A stretch of DNA of 30,403 nt from a virus (lineage: Duplodnaviria; Caudoviricetes), in IMG/VR virus record IMGVR_UViG_3300038336_000148, positions 1 to 30,403 of that record. One strand, written 5' to 3'. Both the position numbers and the translations under genes were made by a program. Shown in pieces: positions 16,191 to 24,407 of this stretch. Under the pieces are notes generated by a model. It was given only the letters and a program-made list of their open reading frames with translations, searched no databases and was not told where the DNA came from. The first letter of the stretch is position 1. Each line of letters opens with the position of its first letter.

Positions 16191-17069
16191 ATGTCCAATA
16201 AAAAAACGTCACCTTGTTTTCCTATGTATCCATCAGACTTTTTCGGAGATCCAAACGTCCGATTAATGGATGGGCACGAACAGGCTTTTTACGCCATTAT
16301 TTTGATGAATATGTGGCAAAATGCCAAAGACAAAGAAATGCCTTTTTTGCCGAATGACGATCAAAAATTAGCAAAACTTTTGAAAATTTCTGTAAAAGAT
16401 TGGAAAAAAGTTAAAAATGCGATTTTCGGTTGCCTGATTGTTACTGATGATAAAATAGAGTCTCAACGTCTATCAAGAGAAAAAGCTAAGCAAGATAAAT
16501 ACAGAGAATTACAATCAGAAAAAGGGAAATTAGGCGGTCGTCCAACTAAAACCGAAGAAAGCCACGGCTTTTCTGCGGATAACCCAAAGGAAAGCACGGG
16601 GATAATTCCGGTAAAGCTCCCTAACCCTAACCCTAACCCTAACCCTAACCCTATAAAAGCTATTAGCGAAACTCCTGTGGATAACTCACCCGCAGAGGAA
16701 AAACCCACCGATGAAAAGGACGCTGTTTTAAAAGAACTAAAAGAAACAATGATTGAGGCCTCACAACAATATAATTCCATTCAAGAGCAAACTGAAATTA
16801 TTAATTTTGTAAAATCAAATATCGCAACTAGAAATCCAAAAGCAATCACCCACGTTCTTAAATCGTTAATAAAAAACAAGGGCACAGTGGAGAAAATAAC
16901 ACCATGGGTAAACGCTGCCTTGCTTACTCATAAAGGCGGTGAAAACCAAAAATATAATGCTGCTGATTATCAGAAAGCGGCAGAAGAATTTAAAAAGCCT
17001 GGAATATTCTCAATAGGAGATATTTTCAAGGGAATTCAATTAAGATCACAGCCGGCAGCGGCACATTAA
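16191..17069 (+). CDS. Replication initiator, DUF1376/YdaU-type N-terminus (292 aa)
   Basis: PCFPMYPSDFFGD..Y..IL..MW..LPNDD..LAKL; KGKLGGRP; low-complexity linker with a PN repeat; position in the replication module. Confidence 0.8.
   Translation: MSNKKTSPCFPMYPSDFFGDPNVRLMDGHEQAFYAIILMNMWQNAKDKEMPFLPNDDQKLAKLLKISVKDWKKVKNAIFGCLIVTDDKIESQRLSREKAKQDKYRELQSEKGKLGGRPTKTEESHGFSADNPKESTGIIPVKLPNPNPNPNPNPIKAISETPVDNSPAEEKPTDEKDAVLKELKETMIEASQQYNSIQEQTEIINFVKSNIATRNPKAITHVLKSLIKNKGTVEKITPWVNAALLTHKGGENQKYNAADYQKAAEEFKKPGIFSIGDIFKGIQLRSQPAAAH
16619..16653 (+). repeat. (CCCTAA)5 CCCTA tandem repeat, TTAGGG on the minus strand
   Basis: Five perfect hexamers plus a partial copy, encoding the (PN)5-P linker. 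Confidence 0.98.
16676..16684 (-). promoter_or_regulatory. Consensus DnaA box in the putative phage origin
   Basis: TGTGGATAA is the reverse complement of TTATCCACA; degenerate copies at 16574-16582 and 16597-16605. Confidence 0.6.
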
Positions 17070-17081
17070 GGAGGGAAGTTT

Positions 17082-17381
17082 ATGGCAAAATTCAGAAAGA
17101 AACCAGTGGTTATTGAAGCGTTCCAAATGACAAAAGAACGACGACAAGATAATTCAGAATGGCCTGACTGGTTAAATCAGGCATGGAATAAGGAACATGG
17201 AGAAGGTGCTGTATGGTGCAAAGATTATCCTAATTCCAATGGTACAGACCAGTTAGTAATAGGGACTCTTGAAGGAGTCTATGTTGTTTCATGGAACGAT
17301 TGGATCATCAAAGGTGTAAAAGGTGAATTATACGCCTGTAAGCCTGATATTTTTGAACAGACTTATGAGCGAGTAGAATAA
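17082..17381 (+). CDS. Conserved small phage protein, PGDYG-like (99 aa)
   Basis: FRKKPVVIEA..TLEG..DWIIKGVKGELYACKPDIFEQTYE, a widespread phage motif. Confidence 0.85.
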   Translation: MAKFRKKPVVIEAFQMTKERRQDNSEWPDWLNQAWNKEHGEGAVWCKDYPNSNGTDQLVIGTLEGVYVVSWNDWIIKGVKGELYACKPDIFEQTYERVE

Positions 17382-17472
17382 ATAAACCTATGGGGTGGGC
17401 TTCCGTTACCTTAGCGCTATATCGTAGGGGTATGATGTGGCGTTGGAAGTCCACCCCGCCAAAGGGGGTAAA

Positions 17473-17850
17473 ATGTTAAACAAAGCAACATTGATTGGAA
17501 GACTCGGGAAAGATCCGGATGTGAAATATACGCCGGACGGGACAATGGTAACAACTTTTTCTATTGCCACCACCGAACAGTGGAAAGATAAAAACGGCGA
17601 GAAGGTCCAAAAGACTGAATGGCATAAGATTGTCGCATGGAAAAAACTAGCGGAGATATGCGGGAACTATTTAAAAAAAGGCTCTCTTGTTTTCATTGAG
17701 GGTCGTATTCAAACCCGATCATGGGAAGATAAAGACGGGATTAAACATTACACGACTGAAATTGTTGCCGCCGATATGAAGATGCTCGATAAAAAAGAAG
17801 ACCAGCAATTAGCGGCCGATGGTATGCCTCTTGATGATGTGCCGTTTTAA
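17473..17850 (+). CDS. ssb: Single-stranded DNA-binding protein (125 aa)
   Basis: NKATLIGRLGKDP, TEWH, KKGSLVFIEGRIQTRSW, DDVPF tail; start moved to ATG 17473. Confidence 0.97.
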   Translation: MLNKATLIGRLGKDPDVKYTPDGTMVTTFSIATTEQWKDKNGEKVQKTEWHKIVAWKKLAEICGNYLKKGSLVFIEGRIQTRSWEDKDGIKHYTTEIVAADMKMLDKKEDQQLAADGMPLDDVPF

Positions 17851-17861
17851 GGAGTAATAGA

Positions 17862-18203
17862 ATGCCAGTAATTACGATCATAGGATTTATGTGTTACCGC
17901 TGCGGTCACGAATGGGCTCCGGAAGTTTTAATCCATGCCGGGACCAAAGACTTTAAGAAGCCGACAGTCTGCCCTCATTGTAAAACACCTTACTGGAGCT
18001 CTCCCCGGGAGAAGGATATCCTAAAAGTGATCAATTCTGGAATATTTTCCTCTTACCCGAGCGTTGTGCCTTTAACTGTTTTTGTAAAATCTCATATTAA
18101 GCAAGGCGACGACACAGCGAAGATCATTGATTGTATTCTTTCGCTTCCCAAAGAGCCGCCGGCAAATCCTAAAGCATGGTTGGAGGGTAAATGGCTAGAG
18201 TAA
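17862..18203 (+). CDS. Zinc-ribbon protein (113 aa)
   Basis: CYRCGHEW...PTVCPHCKTPYW; AGGAG SD. Confidence 0.8.
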   Translation: MPVITIIGFMCYRCGHEWAPEVLIHAGTKDFKKPTVCPHCKTPYWSSPREKDILKVINSGIFSSYPSVVPLTVFVKSHIKQGDDTAKIIDCILSLPKEPPANPKAWLEGKWLE

Positions 18204-18808
18204 AGAAAGAAAAAAAGAAAGAGAAAAAACAAACAGTTAGAAGTAATAAAAAAATACCAAAAATAGAACAAGAAGCACTAACGGATAAAGAGGATTGGTT
18301 GTGCCGGGAGTTTGCGGCCGGAAGTAGCCAGGTGAGGGCGTATATGCGGGTGCATCCAACAACGCCTTATGAGTCGGCGAAAACACTAGCGTCAAGACTG
18401 TTTACAAAGGTTCACATCAAGAGAAGAATTAAAGAATTACAAGAGGAAAGAAATAAGCGCCTAGAAATATCAGCAGATAAAGTATTGGCTGAATTGGCAA
18501 AACTATCTTTTTATGATTCTAGGGATTTTTACGATTCCGATGGCAGATTAAAGCCAATTAACGAGCTTGATCCTGATCATGCGGCCGTAATCGCTGGAAT
18601 AGAAACAATTCACAAGGTAATTGGCGATGAAAAAGACGGGATGGCGGTTCTTACAAAAATAAAATTGTCTGATAGAGGGGCAAACTTAGAGCGGTTAGGG
18701 CGACATCTAAAATTATTTACAGATAGAACCGAGCACTCCGGAAAAGATGGAGGACCAATAACCGTGATTGTGAGGAAATTTAGTGACGACGATAATTCTT
18801 CCAAATAA
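18191..18808 (+). CDS. terS: Terminase small subunit (205 aa)
   Basis: AKTLASRL..IKRRIKEL..ISADKVLAEL..LERLGRHLKLFTD..EHSGKDGGPI; directly upstream of terL. Confidence 0.9.
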   Translation: MARVKKEKKKEKKQTVRSNKKIPKIEQEALTDKEDWLCREFAAGSSQVRAYMRVHPTTPYESAKTLASRLFTKVHIKRRIKELQEERNKRLEISADKVLAELAKLSFYDSRDFYDSDGRLKPINELDPDHAAVIAGIETIHKVIGDEKDGMAVLTKIKLSDRGANLERLGRHLKLFTDRTEHSGKDGGPITVIVRKFSDDDNSSK

Positions 18809-20135
18809 TTGGGCACCACGACCTGACCAAAGGCCGTTGTGGATATATATGGAAAATGGAGGGACGCGAGCTGTTGAGGTTGCTCATCGTCGGTGGGGCA
18901 AAGATGATATTGCACTTCATTACACAGCCACAGCAGCACAACAAAGAATCGGTAATTACTGGCATATGCTCCCACAGTTTAATCAATGCAGAAAGGCAAT
19001 ATGGGAAGCTGTTAATCCACACACAGGGAAACGGCGAATTGACGAGGCATTTCCGGCAACAATACGTGCGAAAATCCGTGAATCGGATATGTTTATTGAG
19101 TTTAAAAGCGGGTCATGTTGGCAGTTGGTTGGAAGCGATAATTACAATGCGCTGGTGGGCTCTCCTCCTATCGGCATTGTTTATTCCGAGTATGCACTAT
19201 CAGACCCACAATCATGGGCCTACCTGAGCCCCATACTAGAGGAAAACGGAGGATGGGCGATGTTTATTTCCACTTCGCGCGGGAACAATCATTATAAGCG
19301 CCTCTATGATTTTGCAAAAGTGGCGCCGGGGTGGTTTGCCGAGTTGTTGCCGGCTACAAAAACACCGGTATTCACGCCTGAACAGTTACAAAAGATAAAA
19401 TTAGAGATGATTGGAGCTCATGGGGAGGATCTTGGAGAGGCACTATTTAATCAGGAATATCATTGCTCGTTTGAGGGAGCGCAACCGGGAGCCTACTATA
19501 ACAAGCAAATGATTTTAGCCAATAAAGAGGGACGCATTACCGATGTCCCATGGACGAGCGGCCTTGAAGTTTATACATTTTGGGATTTGGGAGTAGATGA
19601 TTCAACAACAATTTGGTTTATGCAGTTCACCGGACAACAGGTTCGGGTAATTGATTATTATGAAGGTTCTGGATATGGGCTGGAACACTACGCCAAAGAA
19701 TTAAAGTCCCGCCCTTATGTTTATGGTGATCATTATATGCCGCATGACGCAGCCGTAAGAGAATTATCATCAGGGGAGTTTGCTAAATCACGTCAGGAAG
19801 TGGCCGAGGAACTAGGGATCAGACCGGTTGTGATCGTCCAACGGGCCCGTGACAATCAAGCAGTAATGACAGGGATCGGATCGGTACGGAATATTTTATC
19901 GCGTTGCTGGTTTGATAAAACAAAATGCTGGCAGGGGATATCAGCGCTGGAAGGATATCGGGCAGAATACAACGAGGATAAAAAGATCATGTCAAATCAT
20001 CCAGAGCATACATGGGAAAGTCATGGAGCGGACGCATTTAGGACGTTTGCAGTTGGGTATTCAACCACGCTTGGAACCAAAAAGCAGGGAGGGGATTTCA
20101 GAAAGGGGAGCCGGGGAACGTGGAGGTCAACGTGA
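18783..20135 (+). CDS. terL: Terminase large subunit (450 aa)
   Basis: PRPDQ, Walker A HRRWGKD, Walker B VYSEY, FISTSRG, nuclease WDLGVDD and HGADAFR. Confidence 0.95.
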   Translation: MTTIILPNNWAPRPDQRPLWIYMENGGTRAVEVAHRRWGKDDIALHYTATAAQQRIGNYWHMLPQFNQCRKAIWEAVNPHTGKRRIDEAFPATIRAKIRESDMFIEFKSGSCWQLVGSDNYNALVGSPPIGIVYSEYALSDPQSWAYLSPILEENGGWAMFISTSRGNNHYKRLYDFAKVAPGWFAELLPATKTPVFTPEQLQKIKLEMIGAHGEDLGEALFNQEYHCSFEGAQPGAYYNKQMILANKEGRITDVPWTSGLEVYTFWDLGVDDSTTIWFMQFTGQQVRVIDYYEGSGYGLEHYAKELKSRPYVYGDHYMPHDAAVRELSSGEFAKSRQEVAEELGIRPVVIVQRARDNQAVMTGIGSVRNILSRCWFDKTKCWQGISALEGYRAEYNEDKKIMSNHPEHTWESHGADAFRTFAVGYSTTLGTKKQGGDFRKGSRGTWRST

Positions 20136-20254
20136 GCGATATCAGAACAAAACCGACAACGGATAAGTACAGGAAGGGATTTAAACGATCTTTTAAGAAG
20201 AAACGATTGAATTTATTAGCAGGAATCAAAGTGACTTACAGGGGGAAGAAATGA
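20132..20254 (+). CDS. Small basic protein (40 aa), not in the ORF track
   Basis: MSDIRTKPTTDKYRKGFKRSFKKKRLNLLAGIKVTYRGKK; GGAGG SD, GTGA overlap with terL and ATGA overlap with the next gene. Confidence 0.7.
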   Translation: MSDIRTKPTTDKYRKGFKRSFKKKRLNLLAGIKVTYRGKK

Positions 20255-20502
20255 AACTAATCGGTGTATTTTTTGATCCGACAATCAAGAGTGACGATAG
20301 AAAAGATAGAGTCCTGATTGTTTTTAATTTTGGTGAACCTGCAAATTCCGACCTCGCGGCACAGTCTAAAGAAGTTTATGGCTTTTCTGCCACGATAGGG
20401 CAACCGGCAGAACAGTTATTAAATAACATCAAGAAATTCGCAGAGGACACAGAAAAGAAACTTAACGAAAAAGGAGGAATCAGTGGAACGAACCAAAGTT
20501 AA
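20251..20502 (+). CDS. Hypothetical protein (83 aa)
   Basis: Coupled ORF with a G-rich SD. Confidence 0.7.
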   Translation: MKLIGVFFDPTIKSDDRKDRVLIVFNFGEPANSDLAAQSKEVYGFSATIGQPAEQLLNNIKKFAEDTEKKLNEKGGISGTNQS

Positions 20503-20707
20503 ATCATCGAATATCGCAGAGGTCGGCTACGATCCGGCGAGTCAGGCATTGGAAGTGCAGTTCAAGAATGGTGGGGTTTTTCAATACGAGGGTGTGCCGC
20601 CACAGGAAGTTGTTAATCTCCACGGCGCGGAATCAATCGGAAAGTATCTCCATTCCAACATCAGGCCTAATTTTAAATGCAGTAAGGTGAAGGTAGATGT
20701 CCCATAA
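20483..20707 (+). CDS. KTSC domain protein (74 aa)
   Basis: VKSSNIAEVGYD..LEVQFKNG..YEGVP..AESIGKY..NIR. Confidence 0.93.
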   Translation: MERTKVKSSNIAEVGYDPASQALEVQFKNGGVFQYEGVPPQEVVNLHGAESIGKYLHSNIRPNFKCSKVKVDVP

Positions 20708-21047
20708 ATCAATTTGTAAGAGAGGCCATTCACGTACCGGAAAAAATCTTGATAAGTGGGGCCATTGTAGAAAGTGTGCAAATATGATTCGGCGGCACCC
20801 AAAAGAACGAATGGAATATTGCAAAAGGGGTCATAAAATGACACCTCAAAACACTTCTAAAGATAAACATCATAGATGCTTGATTTGTAGAGAGAAATTA
20901 CAAGGGGAAAGGAATCGACTAGAATTAAGAGATACTTATGTTAGGTGTTCGTTAAAGTTGCCCAAAGCAATGGTACCGCCAGAATTAATAGAACTGGCTC
21001 GATTAAACATAACTTTAAAAAGGGAGGCAAGGAATCATGGAAATTAA
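20697..21047 (+). CDS. Protein with two CKRGH Zn-finger-like repeats (116 aa)
   Basis: CKRGH..N..CRKC and CKRGH..N..CLIC. Confidence 0.75.
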   Translation: MSHKSICKRGHSRTGKNLDKWGHCRKCANMIRRHPKERMEYCKRGHKMTPQNTSKDKHHRCLICREKLQGERNRLELRDTYVRCSLKLPKAMVPPELIELARLNITLKREARNHGN

Positions 21048-21231
21048 AAAAGTAAAGGATTTACGAAGCGTATTAGTAGACCAGATCAACAAATTGAGAA
21101 GGGGAGATGCAACACCCGCTCAAACAAATGCAGTAACAAACGCGACAGGGAAAATTATATCAACGCTGCGCATGGAGATCGAATATGCAGCATTAGTAAA
21201 AAAGACACCGAGTATTGATTTCTTAAAATAG
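21037..21231 (+). CDS. Small helical hypothetical protein (64 aa)
   Basis: GGAGG SD; overlaps the previous gene. Confidence 0.75.
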   Translation: MEIKKVKDLRSVLVDQINKLRRGDATPAQTNAVTNATGKIISTLRMEIEYAALVKKTPSIDFLK

Positions 21232-21308
21232 GTGAAGAAGTCTTCAACATTAACCCCGACGAGTTCACAACCAAGAAAGGAGTTCTTGAAAGATGATTAG
21301 GCTATGCA

Positions 21309-21899
21309 GTGATCAAATACATATCAGATCTGAAACGTCGTTACGATCATATCAAAGTCGTCAATCAGGACGAGGCAGAGGAATATAAGCCGGCCATGGT
21401 GATTTACAAAGAAGATATGCCAGGAATGGCCTTTTGCATACTTACAGATGCAATCTGGAAATATATAGAACCAAGAGCCAATCTCGACCGGCAAACAATA
21501 GAGTCCGATGTTCTGGAGTTTAATCAGGTGTTAATGAAAAATCAGGCAGCGCAGAAAGCAGCAAGAACGATAAGAATGTCAGATATCGAAAAGGCGCGGA
21601 TAGTTGAGGATGCTCTTTGTATCGCTTTTGCCATTGCGTTGAACAGGACGATGAGGATTATGCTCTGCACCAGTTACAATCTGGCAAAATGCCTGCATAT
21701 GTTCGGCATTGATCCTCATGTGCAAGCGGCTATTCAGTTATTGCTCTGGATTCAGGATGGTCTTGATCAGCTTAAAGATATGCCTGAAGCAACACCGGAA
21801 AACAAGGTTGCTGCCGGAGAAGTAACGGTGACGATTGACGGCCACAAGATAACCAAAGAAGTCGAACTGAATGAAACTGATTTGATCACGGGAGAATGA
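21309..21899 (+). CDS. Hypothetical protein (196 aa)
   Basis: Long ORF in operon orientation; start uncertain. Confidence 0.75.
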   Translation: MIKYISDLKRRYDHIKVVNQDEAEEYKPAMVIYKEDMPGMAFCILTDAIWKYIEPRANLDRQTIESDVLEFNQVLMKNQAAQKAARTIRMSDIEKARIVEDALCIAFAIALNRTMRIMLCTSYNLAKCLHMFGIDPHVQAAIQLLLWIQDGLDQLKDMPEATPENKVAAGEVTVTIDGHKITKEVELNETDLITGE

Positions 21900-21900
21900 T

Positions 21901-22140
21901 ATGACGGTTGACGCCAATAGATTAGTTGGAAGTGCTGAAATCTTACCCGTAATGAAGAAACTATACGGCATGGGTACGTGGCGCGGAGCTCTCTACTATA
22001 TCAAGAGAGAGGGGATTCCCATTCACAGAACGGCAGACAATCCCAAAGAGGGGAAGCCGTTTATTTATATCACTGAGCTTATACAGCATGAACTCAAAAA
22101 GGGACGGCACATATCCGTAGATGGCGTGACCATTCAATAA
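21901..22140 (+). CDS. Small wHTH (Xis/MerR-like) DNA-binding protein, candidate late activator (79 aa)
   Basis: LVGSAEI..GMGTWRGALYYIKREGIPI..GKPFIYITEL pattern; followed by direct repeats. Confidence 0.55.
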   Translation: MTVDANRLVGSAEILPVMKKLYGMGTWRGALYYIKREGIPIHRTADNPKEGKPFIYITELIQHELKKGRHISVDGVTIQ

Positions 22141-22150
22141 ACATCATTTT

Positions 22151-22216
22151 CTTTCTTACCTTTTCTCGGTCTTTCCTGCCTTTTCAAGCGAGAATAAAAA
22201 AGTAATATTTTAAAAT
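22151..22216 (+). promoter_or_regulatory. Putative activator-dependent late promoter with phased direct repeats
   Basis: CTTTCTTACCTTTTC 22151-22165 and CTTTCCTGCCTTTTC 22171-22185; -10 TAAAAT 22211-22216, 7 nt before the portal ATG. Confidence 0.5.
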
Positions 22217-22223
22217 ATCCCCA

Positions 22224-24407
22224 ATGAAAGTCACAAAAGGGGAAACCAAACAAACCGGCATTTCAAAAGCCCTTTTGAAAGACAAAGGAGCGCCGGAGAC
22301 CTTTGTTCCTAAAACCCACCCACTTGATACCCCGGAAGCAAACGAACATTTAAGAAAGTTAATGAACTGGCGCAAGCAGGCGCGAGCAGCACAGGCCGAG
22401 AACCGCATAGAAATGGCCACTGATGAAGATTACTATGATGGTATTCAACTTAGCGCTGATGATTTGGCTGTTCTTAACAAGCGCAATCAGCCGCCTCTTG
22501 TCTTCAATGTAACCAAGAATACAGTCAACTGGATATTGGGAACTGAGCGACGGGCGCGAATAGATAACCGGGTATTGCCACGTAAAAAGGTTGGCGCAGA
22601 ATCGGCTAAATCAAAAACCAAGTTAATGAAATACACGCAGGACGCCTCAAAAGGTGAGTATGAGAAGTCTAAAGCCTTCGAGGATTGCGTTAAAGCCGGT
22701 ATTGGTTGGCTCGAAACGGGAGTGCGGCAGAATGATGATGAACCTATCTTTATTCGGTCCGAGCGCTGGCGTAATATGTGGCACGATCACTTGGGCTTGT
22801 CAATGGACGGATCAGACTTCCGCTTTGTCATTCGTGAAAAATGGATTGATCTTGATATCTCTATCGGTATGTTTCCCGAAAGGGAAAAACGTCTTAAAGT
22901 AATAGCCGAGAATGTGAATTCCCTCTATCCGTACCTTCCAGATGATACGAGCATTACCGATCTAGCCAGTGAGTTTGATCTGGAGAGCGATCTGGAAGCG
23001 CTATTTGGCAGTAATGGCTCTTCGCGTCAGAGAATCAAGTTTGTCGAAATGTGGTACCGAATGCCGGCAACGGTTCAGATTCTCAAAAAGAGAGACGACG
23101 ATACGCCTTATGGTGCATTACATGGCGCAATCTACCGACCGACCGAAAAAGATCATCAATACCTTGTGAATGGTGGGTACTTTACCTTAACCGATGCTCA
23201 TATACTGACAGTAAGGCAAGCTATCTGGTCAGCCGCTACGTTGTTTCAAGACATTTTGACGCCGTACAATCACAATAGGCTTCCTTTTACTCCGATGTTT
23301 TGTTACCGCAGGCAGCGCGACAATCAGCCCTACGGCGTTATACGTGACCTAAGAGATCCACAATCCGACCTAAACAAGAGACGATCAAGAGCTTTGTTCC
23401 TTCTGTCTGCCAACAGAGTTATCGCAGAGAAGGGCGCTGTGGACGACAAGAAAGAGGCTTACGAAGAGGTTAATCGCGCCGATGGATGGGTAGATGTCAA
23501 TGTCGGAAAGAAACTCGAAATCCAAAAAGAACAAACTCTAGCAGCCGCTCACGTGGAAATGGCCAGAGACGATGAAAGATTTATCCATTCTGTCTCCGGC
23601 GTTACCAATGACGCAGAATATCAGAAGCGTAAAGATTTGTCCGGCGTTGCCATGGACAAGCAGTTAATGCAGTCGCAGACCGCGCAGGGCATTATGTTCG
23701 ACAATATGTATCTTTCCCTGCAGACCGAGGGAGAAATCAGACTTTCTCTAATTGAACAGTTCTACGATCAAGAGAGAGAATATCGCATAACCGGCGACGA
23801 GCGCAAAGATGAATTCATTACCATTAACGAGCACAAAGACGACGGCACCATTGCGAATAACATAACCGAAGCCAAAGCGGATTTTGTTATCGGCAAGCAG
23901 AACTTCAAAGACACAATCAGACAATCCATGTTGGACACATTGACCGAAATGGTCACGGCCCTATCACAATCCATGCCGGAAGTCGCCCTTAAGCTTCTCG
24001 ATATGGTTGTCAATATGATGGATGAACTGCCCGGCAAGGATGAAATCGTTTCGCGTATTCGCAAGATCAACGGCGAAAGCGCTCCCGAGGATGAACAAAC
24101 ACCCGAAGAGAAAGAACAGATTAAGCAAAACGAAGCGGCTATGGCTCAGGAACAACAGTTTGCCAAGCAATTACAACAGGCCATGGCACAAATTGAACTG
24201 GCAAGCAAAGAGGCTGAAGTCAACGCCAAGAACTCTAAGGCCACGCTGGATACAGTCAGCGCCACAATGAAGAAATTGGAAGGTTATTTAAAGGCTCTGG
24301 AAGTTGCGGGAACCTTAAAGCTTGTTCCGGGATTAGCCGACACAGCCGACCAGATACTTGCCGAAGCAGGGGTAGCACAATCGATAGAAGGAGATAATAA
24401 TGCCTAA
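22224..24407 (+). CDS. Portal protein, P22-like (727 aa)
   Basis: DEDYYDGIQ..RNQPPLVFN..G.GW..PYGVIRDLRDPQ..LNKRRS..SGVA; Gln/Ala-rich C-terminal barrel helix. Confidence 0.92.
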   Translation: MKVTKGETKQTGISKALLKDKGAPETFVPKTHPLDTPEANEHLRKLMNWRKQARAAQAENRIEMATDEDYYDGIQLSADDLAVLNKRNQPPLVFNVTKNTVNWILGTERRARIDNRVLPRKKVGAESAKSKTKLMKYTQDASKGEYEKSKAFEDCVKAGIGWLETGVRQNDDEPIFIRSERWRNMWHDHLGLSMDGSDFRFVIREKWIDLDISIGMFPEREKRLKVIAENVNSLYPYLPDDTSITDLASEFDLESDLEALFGSNGSSRQRIKFVEMWYRMPATVQILKKRDDDTPYGALHGAIYRPTEKDHQYLVNGGYFTLTDAHILTVRQAIWSAATLFQDILTPYNHNRLPFTPMFCYRRQRDNQPYGVIRDLRDPQSDLNKRRSRALFLLSANRVIAEKGAVDDKKEAYEEVNRADGWVDVNVGKKLEIQKEQTLAAAHVEMARDDERFIHSVSGVTNDAEYQKRKDLSGVAMDKQLMQSQTAQGIMFDNMYLSLQTEGEIRLSLIEQFYDQEREYRITGDERKDEFITINEHKDDGTIANNITEAKADFVIGKQNFKDTIRQSMLDTLTEMVTALSQSMPEVALKLLDMVVNMMDELPGKDEIVSRIRKINGESAPEDEQTPEEKEQIKQNEAAMAQEQQFAKQLQQAMAQIELASKEAEVNAKNSKATLDTVSATMKKLEGYLKALEVAGTLKLVPGLADTADQILAEAGVAQSIEGDNNA

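Noticed and set aside
16619-16653. Eukaryotic telomere contamination or misassembly
   Set aside because: The repeat is short, in frame, and embedded in an intact phage ORF.
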